NCBI RefSeq assembly: GCF_001194135.2
Contig: NC_069000.1
Location: 44,963,818-45,027,817 of the forward strand
Length of the DNA stretch: 64,000 nucleotides
Direction of reading: 5' to 3'
From: Octopus bimaculoides
Lineage: Eukaryota
The position numbers and the translations under genes were made by a program. Each line of letters starts with the position of its first letter. The stretch's first letter is position 1. Below, one piece after another: positions 37,004-50,932 of this stretch. The notes below the pieces were generated by a model. The model searched no databases and was not told the DNA's origin. It saw nothing but the letters and a program-made list of their open reading frames with translations.

Positions 37004-38517
37004 CATTTTATCTAGTTTCAGCTCATGAGCTGTGGCCATGCTAGGGCACCACCATTTGGTGTTGCTACATAATTTTACTTCATGAATTTTACTTCAGGAA
37101 TTGACATTTGGTGTATATATATTTATATTTATATTTGGTGCAAGAAAAAAAAACGAACAAAAAACAAAACATATAAACAACAATAAAAGAGCTCTGATTT
37201 ATTAGAATATCAAGCATGATGAAAAATATTTAACACCTTGTATGCATACATACAGGTTGCAACGAGAAAGAAAAGACGTCCTGCATTTTACACATTTACA
37301 AATGTTTCAGTAGAATACACGCAATATGCATTAATTCAAATCAAGATGGCAAATGAAAAAGAATAGTAAGACATCAGCTCCCTAAGGATACCATTATCAT
37401 CAACGGAACTTCACTAGTGTCAAACCAATGCCCATCTAAAATGCAGGAGGTTTTTCTGCTGCACCCAGTATATCCCATTTCATGACTAGAATTCTTAATA
37501 AAATATGCACAATGTTTCAATTTTGAAAATAATTACAAATTTAGAGAGATTTCTTAAAATAACAAACTTTATCAATTATAAGTTTGGTGCTTGGAACATA
37601 TCGAAAGTTTCCTATTTTTGAAATTAAATGTAAATGATTTATAATTGGATGTTTTGTGATGTGGAATTAGAGATAGTTCTCAGGTGAATTGGTATCAAAA
37701 AGAAATACAAACATACATGTAGGCACAAGTGTGGCTGTGTGGTTAAGAAGTTTGCTTTGTAACCACAAGGTTTCAAGATCAATCTTACTGTGCGGCACCT
37801 TGGGAAAGTGTTTTCTACTTATAACCTTAGGCTGATCAATGTGCCTTGTGAGTGAATTTAATAGACAAAAACATATATATTTGTATCTTTCTATCTATCT
37901 ATCTATTTATGTGACCATCTATCTGACTCTCTCTCTATCTCTCTATCTACACACACACACACACGTATTCAGACACACATATATTCAGACACACATATAT
38001 ACTATTCAGTCATTGGTCAGTGCTCCAACATGGGCACCATATTGAAAAGTTTAATTAAATGAATTGACCCCCAGCATTTATTATTTTTTTAATGGTTAGC
38101 AGCAGGAAAGGCATTGGCAGCTTTTTGCCATTACTTTTGTTTTTATTCAGCCTGATGAATATGCTTGAAGGAAACAGAGCTTGTTTATTTCAAACACTAG
38201 AAGTTTTTGTACAAACATGAAACTTGAGTTGCTGCAAAAATGTCATTAACATACTATATAAGGATTTAACTAAACTCTCACGTGATCTGAGTGCTCTCCC
38301 TTGTTGAAAGTTATTCAACAATAACAACATACATAATACATACATACACACGCATACACATACACACATACATACATACAAATACGTGTACATGCATTCT
38401 ATTCAAACTGCTTCAGTCTATCTACTGCTGATATATACATACATAGACATAGATGCACACACACACACACACACATATACATATACACATTCACAGATAT
38501 ACAAATATACACATACA

Positions 38518-38577
<60 letters not shown>

Positions 38578-38898
38578 AATATGCATATTTATGTATATAT
38601 GTGATTATTTATGCATGTGTGTGTGTGTGTAGACACGCCTGTACTCTAAAATAGTGGTCTACTCAATATGCAAACCAAATATTGATGTGAAAGAAATAAA
38701 GTGTTTTGATTATAGATGTTTTTGCATAATGATACACCATGTGTAACTTGAAAATATATATTCTGGGAGAACACTACATTAAAATCTCTAACGAGAAAAC
38801 CAAATTTGTCAAATGTGAATCAGAGTCAGGGCTTATGACTAACATTCCCTGTGTGATCAATTAGTCTTTATACATTTTCAGTCATTCATATTAATCAT

Positions 38899-39701
38899 TT
38901 AACTATGGTGTGAATTCCATGACTGTATGTCACTATTCAAATCGACAATTTCCCTGCTTTTAGGATTCTCTTCCTCACTATTTTCAGAACTGTCTTTCAC
39001 ACTATTTTCAGAGCTGTCTTCCAGGAGTCTTTCAGAATTGTCCTCCTCACTTATATCAGAACTGTCCTCAACTTTAATATCAGAACTGTCAACAAGTTTG
39101 TTCTCAAGAATGTTCTCCAAACTATCTTCCAGTCTACTTTCAAAAGTGTCATCTGATTTTCTCTCAGAACTGTCTTCCAATTTGCTTTCAGAGCTATCCT
39201 CCAATATGCTCTCAAAATTGTCCTTCAGTTGACTCTCAAAACTGTCCTCTAACCTGTTCTCAAAACTGTCCTTCAGGTGACTCTCAAAACTGTCCTCTAT
39301 TTGACTCTCAGAACTTTCTTCAAATATTCTTTCAAAACTGTCCTCCATTTGACTCTCAAAACTGTCCTCCATTTGACTCTCAGAACTATCTTCCATTTGA
39401 CTCTCAGAACTATTTTCCATTTGACTCTCAGAACTGTCATCCAATCTGTTCTCAGAACTATCCTCCAGTTGGATATCATTGCTGTTCTCCATTCCAATAT
39501 CAAAACTGTTCATTTTGTCTTCTGTCTGTCTGGAATCCAAAGCATTTCCAATTTTCAAAGACCCATTTTCGTCTTGTTTTGGATCTTCCTCCAAAATTTC
39601 AGTAAGGTTAATGTTTGATATATTGGCGTTTACCAATATTTCAGAAACATTCAAGGTCCAAGGTGCTCCTTGGAATTCTTCAGGACTTATTTTTCCATCT
39701 C
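38899..39701 (-). CDS. EF-hand/acidic-repeat protein, last exon (end of EF-hand 2 and Asp/Glu/Ser-rich 8-aa repeat tail)
   Basis: Acceptor after a pyrimidine tract (catacctag|), phase 1; (G)DGKISPEEFQGAPWTLNVSE... then about 20 x (L/M)EDS(S/F)ESQ-like units (24-bp DNA repeat) to TAA at 38899. Confidence 0.85.
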
Positions 39702-40052
39702 CTAGGTATGACAAAAAAAAAGAAAAGAGAAAAAAATTAATTTTGTTACAATCAAGGGTCACAGCAACATGTAATGTTTTAGTTAAGGGTCACAACAACA
39801 GGATTTTCAATGAATTGATATGTGTGGTTGTGTGATTGAGAAGCTGGCTTCCCAACCATATGGTACCTGGTTCAGTCTCACTACATGGCACCTTGGGCAA
39901 GTGTGTTCTATAGGTGCAGGAGTGGCTGTGTGGTTGAGAAACTTGCTTCTCAGGTTCAATCCCACAGTCCAGCATCTCAGGTGAATATTCTCTACTATAA
40001 CCCCAGGCCAACCAAATCCTGTGAGTGGATTTGATAGGTGGAAAAAGAAGCC

Positions 40053-40099
<47 letters not shown>

Positions 40100-40264
40100 T
40101 GCGGGAGTGGCTGTAAAGTAAAAAGTTTGCTTCCCAACCACATGGTTCCTAGATTTCAGGGGTCAGCCCGCAGAACCTGCAACAAATAGAAGCCCTACTT
40201 TTAGGGTCCACATGGTCACAAATTAAGGTCCACTTGTTTGGGAAAATACCTGACAAGAACTTAC

Positions 40265-40475
40265 CATTTTTATCTGCATCTTTAAAAGCTTCCTTAGCGT
40301 TCCGTCTTGCACCAGTTGTTTTGATTAATTCCTGCAGACTGATGAAGTTATCGTTAATATTGTTGTCATAGCGTGAGAAGTTCTTTGGAAGAGGCACCGG
40401 TCTAAATTCTTCACTGTCCTTTTTGGGGTTGACCAGGAACTGTTCTACAGCTTTGGGGTCCTTTATTGTTTCAAT
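40265..40475 (-). CDS. EF-hand/acidic-repeat protein, penultimate exon (EF-hand 1 and start of EF-hand 2)
   Basis: Acceptor tttcttacag|, donor ATG|GTAAGT; 211 nt; IETIKDPKAVEQFLVNPKKDSEEFRPVPLPKNFSRYDNNINDNFISLQELIKTTGARRNAKEAFKDADKN. Splicing rebuilds the canonical loop DKNGDGKISPEE. Confidence 0.9.
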
Positions 40476-40617
40476 CTGTAAGAAACCAAAACAAGAAATA
40501 AGTACTTTTTTTCTATTTTAATATAAAATCAGAGAGGAGGGGAGGGTGGGGCAATGCTATTAATCTTTGAAGATGTTAAATGATTAACATGACTGATGAT
40601 TGATGTTAATACTAATG

Positions 40618-40673
<56 letters not shown>

Positions 40674-40675
40674 TC

Positions 40676-40845
40676 TTTTACTTGTTTCAGTCATTTGACT
40701 GCGGCCATGCTGGAGCACCGCCTTTAGTCAAGCAAATCGAGCCCAGGACTTATTCTTTGTAAGCCTAGTACTTATTCTATTGGTCTCTTTTGCTGAAACG
40801 CTAAGTTACAGGGATGTAAACACAGCAACATTGGTTGTCAAGCGA
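40676..40845 (-). mobile_element. SINE family B 3' half
   Basis: Reverse complement of the 25350-25500 segment. Confidence 0.8.
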
Positions 40846-40902
40846 TGTATTAATATTTATACAACAGTAGGAACTACTACTACTGCTGCTGCTGCTGCTT
40901 CA

Positions 40903-40959
<57 letters not shown>

Positions 40960-41074
40960 TCTTCTTCTTCTTCTTCTTCTTCAATGGTAGCACAACCTCC
41001 CCCATCCCCAGTCTTCCCAAGAGAGTCTCCAGTTAAAGGAAAACAGAATCCATTCTTGAAAACTCATTACCGAC

Positions 41075-41128
41075 CTTTACAGATTCAGCTTTGTGATCTC
41101 TCTTGAAACGTGGAACTTTGACGGGTTG
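41075..41128 (-). CDS. EF-hand protein, upstream exon with RFKR dibasic site
   Basis: Acceptor atcatggcag|, donor AAG|GTCGGT; 54 nt, phase 0 to 0; QPVKVPRFKRDHKAESVK; joins in frame to the 40475 exon. Confidence 0.6.
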
Positions 41129-41857
41129 CTGCCATGATAGACATATCCATATTAGACAAAAGAAGCACACCAGGCCTGAGTGATGTTTTACCATTTTTTA
41201 CTGAAATGAACAGAACATTCAAGAGAACATAAGTGGATTTCTTGTGGGAACTGTGGGGTGTGTGTGCGCGTTGTGTATGTGTGTGTGTGTTTGTTGTGAG
41301 TTTTGTGTATGTGTGTTTGTTTCAGTGAGTGTGTTTGTGAATGTGTGAGCATGTGCATGTGTGAGTATTTATGTGTATGTGAATGTGTGTGTGTATGTGT
41401 ATGTGTTTGTGCATGAGTGTGTGTTTGTGTGTTTCTGTGTGTGCTTGTGTGTGTTTGTGTGTGCATGCGTATGTGTGTGTTCCTAATATATAAAAAAAAG
41501 TGGGATATTCATGGTGTGAGATATCTTTCATTATAACACAGGTCTGCTTGATTGAGATGAGACTAAAGAGCTACAGCAGCAGCAGCAGCAGCAGCAGGTG
41601 CAGCAACAACATCAGCAGGTGCAGCAAGAGAAGGCTGCAACAGTAATAACAACATAAACAACAACATCACCATCAACAGCAAGCACAGTAACAACAACAA
41701 GATGCCAACACCGATTCCATGATTCCATCAGACACGACAAGATGTCAAACAGCCAGAATTTCTTTATTCCATGAGGGAAAAAAATCCCCAAAACATGGCA
41801 GATCTCCAAGCGTTCCTTCAAATTTTTAATGAAAATATTAAAAAGAATGTTACGTAT

Positions 41858-41925
<68 letters not shown>

Positions 41926-42128
41926 CACACATACATAATACATATATATATGCATGTATATATGTATGTATGTATAAATCTATATATATGCACATATTTT
42001 GTCTTGATTCAAAGCACATAATGTATGTGTGTATATGTATAAATATATATATACATATATATATGCACACACACACATAAATGTATGTATATATGCATAT
42101 ATATATGTGTATATATATATATACGTAC

Positions 42129-42192
42129 ATATTTCCTCATGACACAAGACATACATATGCACACAATAGCTACAACATCAGTACATGTGAAC
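42129..42192 (-). CDS. Candidate further upstream exon of the EF-hand gene (Cys/hydrophobic)
   Basis: ggccag|G TTC ... TAT|GTACGT; the only open frame is FTCTDVVAIVCICMSCVMRKY, ending in phase 0. The pyrimidine tract is weak. Confidence 0.3.
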
Positions 42193-42529
42193 CTGGCCAC
42201 ATTATGATAATTGTTGGCATGTATTTACTGTTTTCTTAGATAATAAATTAACCTAGAGCAACAAACTGTTGTCTAGGCCAGCAGTTCCCAGACTTATTTT
42301 GGCACAGGAACCATTATATGGTTTTCCAAAAATCACAGACCCCATATCTGTACTGGGCGTAGTTATTTTTCATGGTATCTGTACTGTACCTTCAAATCTT
42401 TGTACAGGAACTGACAGTGCTGTGTGTAGACAAGCAGTGGAATCACTGACATGTTTGGAAATTGGTAGCATAGTGAGACAGATAGAGATATGGTCCAGGC
42501 CATGACAGGTAGCCTATTCAGTTAGGATG

Positions 42530-42878
42530 TGAAAGTAAAGGTAAAGATCTCCCTTTGGTCATGAATGATCATGGAACTGCACCTAGAAAGTTCCCCTAAG
42601 TCCAGGCAAGATTGTTTATGGAAGACCAGCAGTTGCCCATGCACGCCACCCGCAGTTGCCCTGTCCATGCCACCAGTGCTATCCAAGGGAAAGGCAAAGG
42701 GGCCGATACAGCTTGGCACCTGTGACATCGCAACTCATTTCTACAGCTGAGTGGATTGGAGCAATGTGAAATAAAGTGTCTTGCTCAAGAACACAACATG
42801 CAGCTTGGTCTCAGAATCAAACGAACTCATTACCACAAGATTGTGAGTCGGCGGCTCTAACCACTGAGCTATGTGCCT
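42530..42878 (-). mobile_element. SINE family D
   Basis: Shares ccctttggtcatga...gcaactcatttctacagctgag...gtgtcttgctcaagaa with 45420-45750; tRNA-like head at the right end. Confidence 0.75.
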
Positions 42879-43004
42879 TGGCAAAAACTTAACAGAAGAA
42901 ATGACAGATGGTTATGTGCAGACCCTTCTGAAGTTCCAAGTGTTATGCATAAAAAATTTCCTGCAACTGTCATGGTTTTAGGAGTTGTTAGCAATAGAAA
43001 TGGT

Positions 43005-43560
43005 CTCCAAGAATGACAAAACAATCATACTGTGTGTTATATACTAATGCACACAGGCAGGAAAAATAAGACTAACAAACCAGATATTGTTGTCAGAGAC
43101 TGTCAGAAAAGGGAAAAACCTCCTAATTGACATTGCAGTCCCACCAGATAATAATTGAGGAATTATCTAAATATAAAGATCTGAAAATAGAGATAAATGA
43201 AATGTGGGGCCTGAAAAGAGAAACAATCTCTATAATAATTAGGGCTTTGGGAATGATAAAATTAAAAGCACACAGATAAATACATAAACCAAACAAACCC
43301 CTGGGCTTACAAATATGTATATATATGTATATATAAAACACTGAAACTAGCATTACTAGATGCTTGCAAATGTATTAATGTAGGGTACTTTTAATTCAGT
43401 AGGAAAAAAAAAAAAATAACAAAGACCAAAACAAAACATTGCACATACCCAGGGTGAACAAAACTGGGCTTGGTATTGCAGCGAAAGCATGAAGTGTAAA
43501 TAAGATAAGTGAATAATGATGATAATAATAATAATAATAATCATAATAATAATAATAATA
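43005..43560 (+). mobile_element. R4/Dong-like non-LTR retrotransposon 3' fragment (restriction-like endonuclease)
   Basis: NKPDIVV...LLIDIAVPPDNN..EELSKYKDLKIEINEMW..K..TISIIIRALG (frameshifted PD-(D/E)xK RLE), ending at an (AAT)n tract. Confidence 0.75.
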
Positions 43561-43745
43561 ATAATGATGGTGATGGTGGTGATGATGATGATGGTGATGA
43601 TGACGACGATGATGATGATGGGTTCTAATCTATGCACAAGGACATTACTACCATCACACCACCACCACCACCACCACCACCACCACCACCACTGCCGCCG
43701 CCATTATCATATCATCAGCATCATTTCAACATGTCATGCCATCAT

Positions 43746-43782
<37 letters not shown>

Positions 43783-43978
43783 GCTATTACTACTACTACT
43801 ACTAGCCTCACCTCCCTATCATTCCCACATGCCTTCAACTACCAACATTGCCAATCCACTTCTCCCGTCAATCATCATATTGCTACTGCTGTGTAACTAG
43901 TACCACCACCACCACCACCGCCACCACAACAACAACAACAACAACAACAGCAACAGCAGCAGCAGCAGCAGCGACGAG

Positions 43979-44056
<78 letters not shown>

Positions 44057-44075
44057 AACAACAACAACAACACTA
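43500..44075. repeat. Compound trinucleotide microsatellite cluster (AAT, ATG, ACC, ACT, AAC, AGC, ACG)
   Basis: Direct inspection. Confidence 0.95.
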
Positions 44076-44386
44076 TACAAGGAAGCAGAATGTAGAACAA
44101 ACTCAAATGTTTGTTTATCAGAATAAAATTTCTTAAAGTTTTGGAAAGAGAAAAATTCCCCACCTCCCCACCTCCTCTCTTTCACCATAACTATGTCTGT
44201 CTGTCTGTCTGTCTGTCTGCATTTATGTGTCATTCTCTCTGTTTGTCTGTTTTTCTCTTTTGTGCATGGCCCCTATGCATAACACTCCCCACTAACACCT
44301 GTTGGAAACTCTAAAAATGGATTTAATTGATTTTCACCATCCTTTTTTGATTGTGTGTGTGTGTGTGTGTGCATGTATGTATGAGT

Positions 44387-44419
<33 letters not shown>

Positions 44420-44480
44420 TATCTATTTGTCTATGTATCTGTCTTATTATTATTATTATTATTATTATTATCATTATTAA

Positions 44481-44705
44481 GGTGGCGTGTTGGCAGAATC
44501 GTTAGCACTCTGGATGAAAAGCTTAGCAGTTTTTCGTCTGTCTTTATGTTCTGAGTTCAAATTCCACTGAGGTAGACTTTGCCTTTCATCCTTTCAGGGT
44601 CAACAAATTAAGTACCAAATCAAGTACCAGGGGTCGATGTAATCGACTATCCTCCTCCCCCAAATTTCAGGCCTTGTGCCTATAATAGAAAGGATTATTA
44701 TTATC
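44481..44705 (+). mobile_element. SINE family A copy
   Basis: Full-length match to 1581-1800. Confidence 0.85.
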
Positions 44706-45419
44706 ATTAATCTAAACCACACAAAAAGCCTAGTGAAATTCAATTACCCAAGGTTTCCTGGCTGGATTATTAAATTTATTCTGCTATACCTCAAGCTGGT
44801 AATGTCAACACGGTGGTGCTGCGTTAGCAGCACCGTATGAGTCAAACATCTCTTAACTACCACAGGAAACCCCGGGGAGCTGAATTCCTCAGGGTTTTTG
44901 TCTGGCTTTTATTAATAACATCTTTACTCTCTCAACTGACTGACCGAGTGCCCTACTTGAACTTCACACCACAGGAGGAGAAATTGTGAGTACAAAAGTA
45001 GATGTGTGACTGCTACAGCTATGTGTAGAGCTCTACATAGATTATCATAATCCAGTCTGCTTTCTGCATTGTTGTTATTTAGTTTTGATACAGATTAGCA
45101 CAAGAGAGAGAATGTATGAGAAATAAGGATAAACACTGGTTTATGTAATTACAACAGAAGACTTGTGTTTATCCTTATTTCTCATATATATATATATATA
45201 TCATCATCATCATCATCATCATCATCGTCGTTTAACATCCGCTTTCCATGCTAGCATGGGTTGGACGATTTGACTGAGGACTGGTGGACCAGGAGGTGAC
45301 ACCAGGCTCCAATCTGATTTGGCAGAGTTTCTACAGCTGGATGCCCTTCCTAATGTCAACCACTCCGAGAGTGTAGTGGGTGCTTATATATATATATATA
45401 TAATTCCTCATCTCTTAAA

Positions 45420-45750
45420 TATAGAACTGAATGACTCCCTTTGGTCATGACTGACCCTGGGATTGCACCTAGGCACAAGTCTGGGCAAGGTTGTCTATGG
45501 AAGACCAGCAGTCGCCCATGCATACCAGCCTCCGCTCTCCACGCCACCGATGTTATCCAAAGGAAAGGCAAAGGCCGATACAGCTTGGCACCAGTGATGT
45601 CGCAACTCATTTCTACAGCTGAGTTAACTAGAATAACGTGAAATAAAGTGTCTTGCTCAAGAATACAACACACAGCCCAGTCAATAAATTGAACTCACTG
45701 CTTTAGGAATGTGAGTTCAACACCCTAACCATTGAGCCACGAGCCTTCAC
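45420..45750 (-). mobile_element. SINE family D copy
   Basis: Homologous to 42530-42878. Confidence 0.75.
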
Positions 45751-46320
45751 TATCAAAAAATATACACCAGAGAAATGTTATAGTATAAAATCAGCTGAGG
45801 AATTTTTATAGATTTTAGAAGAAAATTGGTACAATAGGTACCAATTCCACATTAGATGTAGGAGGTTTGTTCTAAAAATGGCACAATCTATCAGCAACCT
45901 TTTTTTAATTGTCTGGCCACGCCTGGATAAGAAGTTTGGAATGGTCCACAACTGCTGTCAGAATGACCAGCAGTAGAACAGGTTAGATATCACTGTATCC
46001 CTTGTCTGTGGAAGTGAACAGAATATCTGAGGGTGGGGAAGGGGGTTAACGAATGCAGTGGGGGAGGTGGGTGAAGTGTATGACGAGTGGGGGGAGGTGG
46101 GAAGTCTTAGATGAGAGAGAGAGAGAGAGAGAAGGACAGGAATAAGATGAGTCAGAAAAGATTAACTGATGTTGGTTAACTGGTTTATAATTTTAAAGGG
46201 GCTACTGAAAAATTGTGTGCATATATATATATATGTATGTATATAAACACACATACACATAGATATACATATACACGCATCCACATGTAGATGTGTGTGT
46301 GTGTGGGTGTATGTATATAT

Positions 46321-46610
46321 ATATGCATATATGGGTACAGGACATCACTAACAGTAAACAACATGAAATACGAAAACAAATAAGTTAAATATGCAAATAA
46401 CGAGAAGGAAAAAAAGGACAAGGAATACAAAGAATGACCCCTCATCAGTTGTTGACTGTCTATCTACTCCCCAGCTGACAACGGACGAAGGGTCATTCCT
46501 TGTATTCCTTGTCTTTTTTTTCTCTCTTGTTATTTGCGTATATAACTCATTTGTTTTCGTATTTCATGTTATTTACTGTTGGTGATGTCCTCTACCCATA
46601 TATGCATATA
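46321..46610. repeat. Foldback element (about 125-bp imperfect inverted arms)
   Basis: ggacatcactaacagtaaacaacatgaaatacgaaaacaaa... versus ...tttgttttcgtatttcatgttatttactgttggtgatgtcc. Confidence 0.85.
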
Positions 46611-46671
46611 TATATATATATATTTATTATTTATATTATTATTTAATTGAATGCTACACATCTATTTCCAA

Positions 46672-46710
<39 letters not shown>

Positions 46711-47229
46711 TACATACATATATGCATACTTATGTGTATATATATACACATTATACACAGACACACACACACTCATACACACATATATTTACCCACACAC
46801 ACATATATACATTCATACAAACAAACATACACACAGACACATGTACATATACACATATACAACAGCATATCTAAAGTCTTTATCAGTTTTGATGGACAAC
46901 ATTGAGAAAAAACAAGACAAAACACCAGTGACATGGAATGACCATTATAATAGATCTCACATCTGGTAGCATCATTGAATATTCACAAAACTTCCATGAC
47001 AAATTCTTCGTGTGGCATACCATTAACTTTCTGCGTTGATAAATTTTGCCCAAAAGCGTTAATTAAATTTATTTATCTGACTGGCTTCCACAGATTTTCC
47101 CTATCAAATTCTGCTCCTAAGGCATTGGTCCAGGTGCTGTGCAGTGAGATTGAACCTAGAACCATGTGGAGTGTGAAATGATCATCTTTACTGCATGATC
47201 ATGTTTGTGCTTCATGTGAAGCATCTACA

Positions 47230-48441
<1,212 letters not shown>

Positions 48442-48617
48442 TCATACATAAAGACATACAGATGTTAGATCAGTATTTCCACTGATGCAATTGTTGTAGT
48501 TGTTGTTGTTACTCATACTGTTATGTTACTATTGTTGTTGTTGTTATTATTATTGTTGCTACTGTGAAGCTACTGCTGCTGTAATTGTTGTTGCTTTCAA
48601 GCCGCTGCTGTTTTTGT

Positions 48618-48650
<33 letters not shown>

Positions 48651-48659
48651 TTAATAATG

Positions 48660-48874
48660 GTTTCAGATTTTGGCACAAGGCCAGTAATTTCGGGGAGGAA
48701 GGTAAGTCAATTGCATCGACCCCCATTACTCAGCTGGTATTTATTTTATCGACCCCCTGAAAAGGATGAAAGGCAGAGACGACTTTGGCAGAATTTGAAC
48801 TCAAAATGTGAAGACAGATGAAATACTGCAAAGCATTTCATCCAGCGTACTAATGATTCTGCTTGTTCACCACC
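48660..48874 (-). mobile_element. SINE family A copy
   Basis: Reverse-complement match to 1581-1800, flanked by (AAT)n. Confidence 0.8.
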
Positions 48875-48913
48875 TTTTATAACATAATAATAATAATAAT
48901 AATATTAAATAGC

Positions 48914-48953
<40 letters not shown>

Positions 48954-49000
48954 TTAAATAGCAATAATAGCAATAATAATAATAATAATAATAATAATAA

Positions 49001-49212
49001 GCCGTTGCCAGTACTGCCTGAGTGGCCTTCGTGCTGGTGGCACGTAAAAAACGCCAGCTACACTCTTGGAGTGGTTGGCGTTAGGAAGCGCATCCAGCTG
49101 TAGAAACTCTGCCAAATCAGATTGGAGCCTGGTGTAGCCATCTGGTTCACCAGTCCTCAGTCAAATCGTCCAACCCATGCTAGCGTGGAAAGCGGACGTT
49201 AAACGATGATCA
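49001..49212 (+). mobile_element. Repeat family C (RTE 3'-tail sequence ending in (GAT)n)
   Basis: Matches the RTE tail at 22425-22556; other copies at 10440-10715, 18130-18330(-), 45205-45385(-), 58185-58365, 58690-59043 and 63780-63910. Confidence 0.85.
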
Positions 49213-50327
49213 TGAATGATTAAGATGAAGAAGAAGAAGGCAGCTAGCTGGCAGAGACGTTAGCACACTGGGTGAAATTCTTAGCGTTATTTCGTCTATC
49301 TTTACGTTCTGAGTTCAAATTCTGCCAAGGTCGACTTTGCCTTGTATTTTTTCCCCACACAGCTTCACTACATGTATTGGTCAGTGGTGTGGCAAACATC
49401 TCCAGCAGAATAAATACCAGATTCAAAAAAAAAATAGTAATAAGAGAAAAAGTACTGAGGTTGATTTGTTCATCTAAATTCTTCAAAGCAGTACTCCAGC
49501 ATGGCCACAGTCAATTGACTGAAACAAGTAAAAGACTAACAGACCAAACAAATAAGTATTTGAAGATCAGTTAATGTGTAACTACCAAGAGCACATGTGA
49601 CACTTCTTGCCCAGTATGTGCCTCTGACATGATTATGAGACTCCCTCCTGTGCGTATTATTTCCCAGGGATGGCATATAGCCAGTGTTGTGAGGTACCCG
49701 GGTGCAATCTCACTGGAGAGTTTTCACCTCTGTATGGGTATCTGACCCAAATTTCTGCTCCAAGTTGTTTTTATATCTTGCTTTAATTAATGTGTGTCCT
49801 TACACTATCATGTATTTATGGTCCCTTTTAATAAAGTACCACCAGAACACTGGCACTGAAGGTACTGCCTTAACCCTTTTGTTACTGGTATTTATTTTGA
49901 GATGCTCTGTGCTTCTTTCAATTAATTTTAAATATAACAAAGAATTTAGTAAAATAACTTCGTTATCATTCAGCAAACTTTAGGAACATAAATTGTGACT
50001 AAGGTTTGGTGGAAGATTTTAATTCAAAACTTATGAAAACAAGACATTTGTACTAGAGCCAGAGGTGGTTTCAGCCAGGTTGGTAACGAAAGGGTTAATC
50101 TCTTCTCCACAAAATTGCTAACCTTGTGTAGTGGCATTTGTTCCAACTCTTTACATTGTGAGTTCAAATCATGCCACGGACAGCTTTCATTTTGTCCCTC
50201 TGGAGTCAACAGAAATATGGTACAGGCTGAGGACTGGGGTCAAGTATTATCTACTATGTTCCTTTCTCTCAAAATTGCAGGCCTTGTGCCTAAATCCAGA
50301 AACCATTGCCATCATTATTATTATTAA

Positions 50328-50932
50328 GGTGGTGAGATGGCAGAGTCGTTAGTGAGTTGGACAAATTAACAGGATTTCTCTCAGTTCTTTATGTGCTGAG
50401 TTCAAATACCACCACAGTTGACTTTGCCTTTCATCCTTTCAGGGTCATTGACATAAGTACCAGTTGCATACTAGGGTTGACTGACTGAATCGTTAGCACA
50501 CTGGATGAAATGCTTCGAGGTATTTCACTTGCCGCAATGTTCTGAGTTCAAATTCTGCCGAAGTTGACTTCGCTTTTCATCCTTTTGGACTCGATAAATT
50601 AAGTACCAGTTGCATACTGGGGGTCGATCTGACTGCCCGCCCCCAAATTTCGGGCCTTGTGCCTAGAGTAGAAAAGATTATTATTATTATTATTAAAGTG
50701 GTGAGTTGGCAGAATCGTTAGCACATTGGGCAAAATGCATAGCAGCATTTTGCTGTCTTTATGTTCTGAGTTCAAATTCCACCAAGGTCAACTTTGCCTT
50801 TCATCCTTTTAGTGGTCAATGAAATAAGTATCAGTTGAACACTGGGGGTCGATGTAATCGCCTTATCCCCTCCCCACCACCCCAAATTTCAGGTCTTGTG
50901 CCAAAATTTGAAATCATCATTATTATTATTAT
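50328..50932 (+). mobile_element. Three tandem SINE family A copies
   Basis: Head, core and (ATT)n tail repeated three times head-to-tail (first copy 3'-truncated). Confidence 0.8.

Noticed and set aside
36571-37050. Near-identical tandem duplication of about 235 bp
   Set aside because: The copies sit on either side of a 10-N gap and differ only in (AT)n length, which is typical unmerged contig overlap.
38927-39835. Overlapping plus-strand and alternative-frame ORFs
   Set aside because: Shadows of the 24-bp coding repeat; only the minus frame joins the EF-hand exon.
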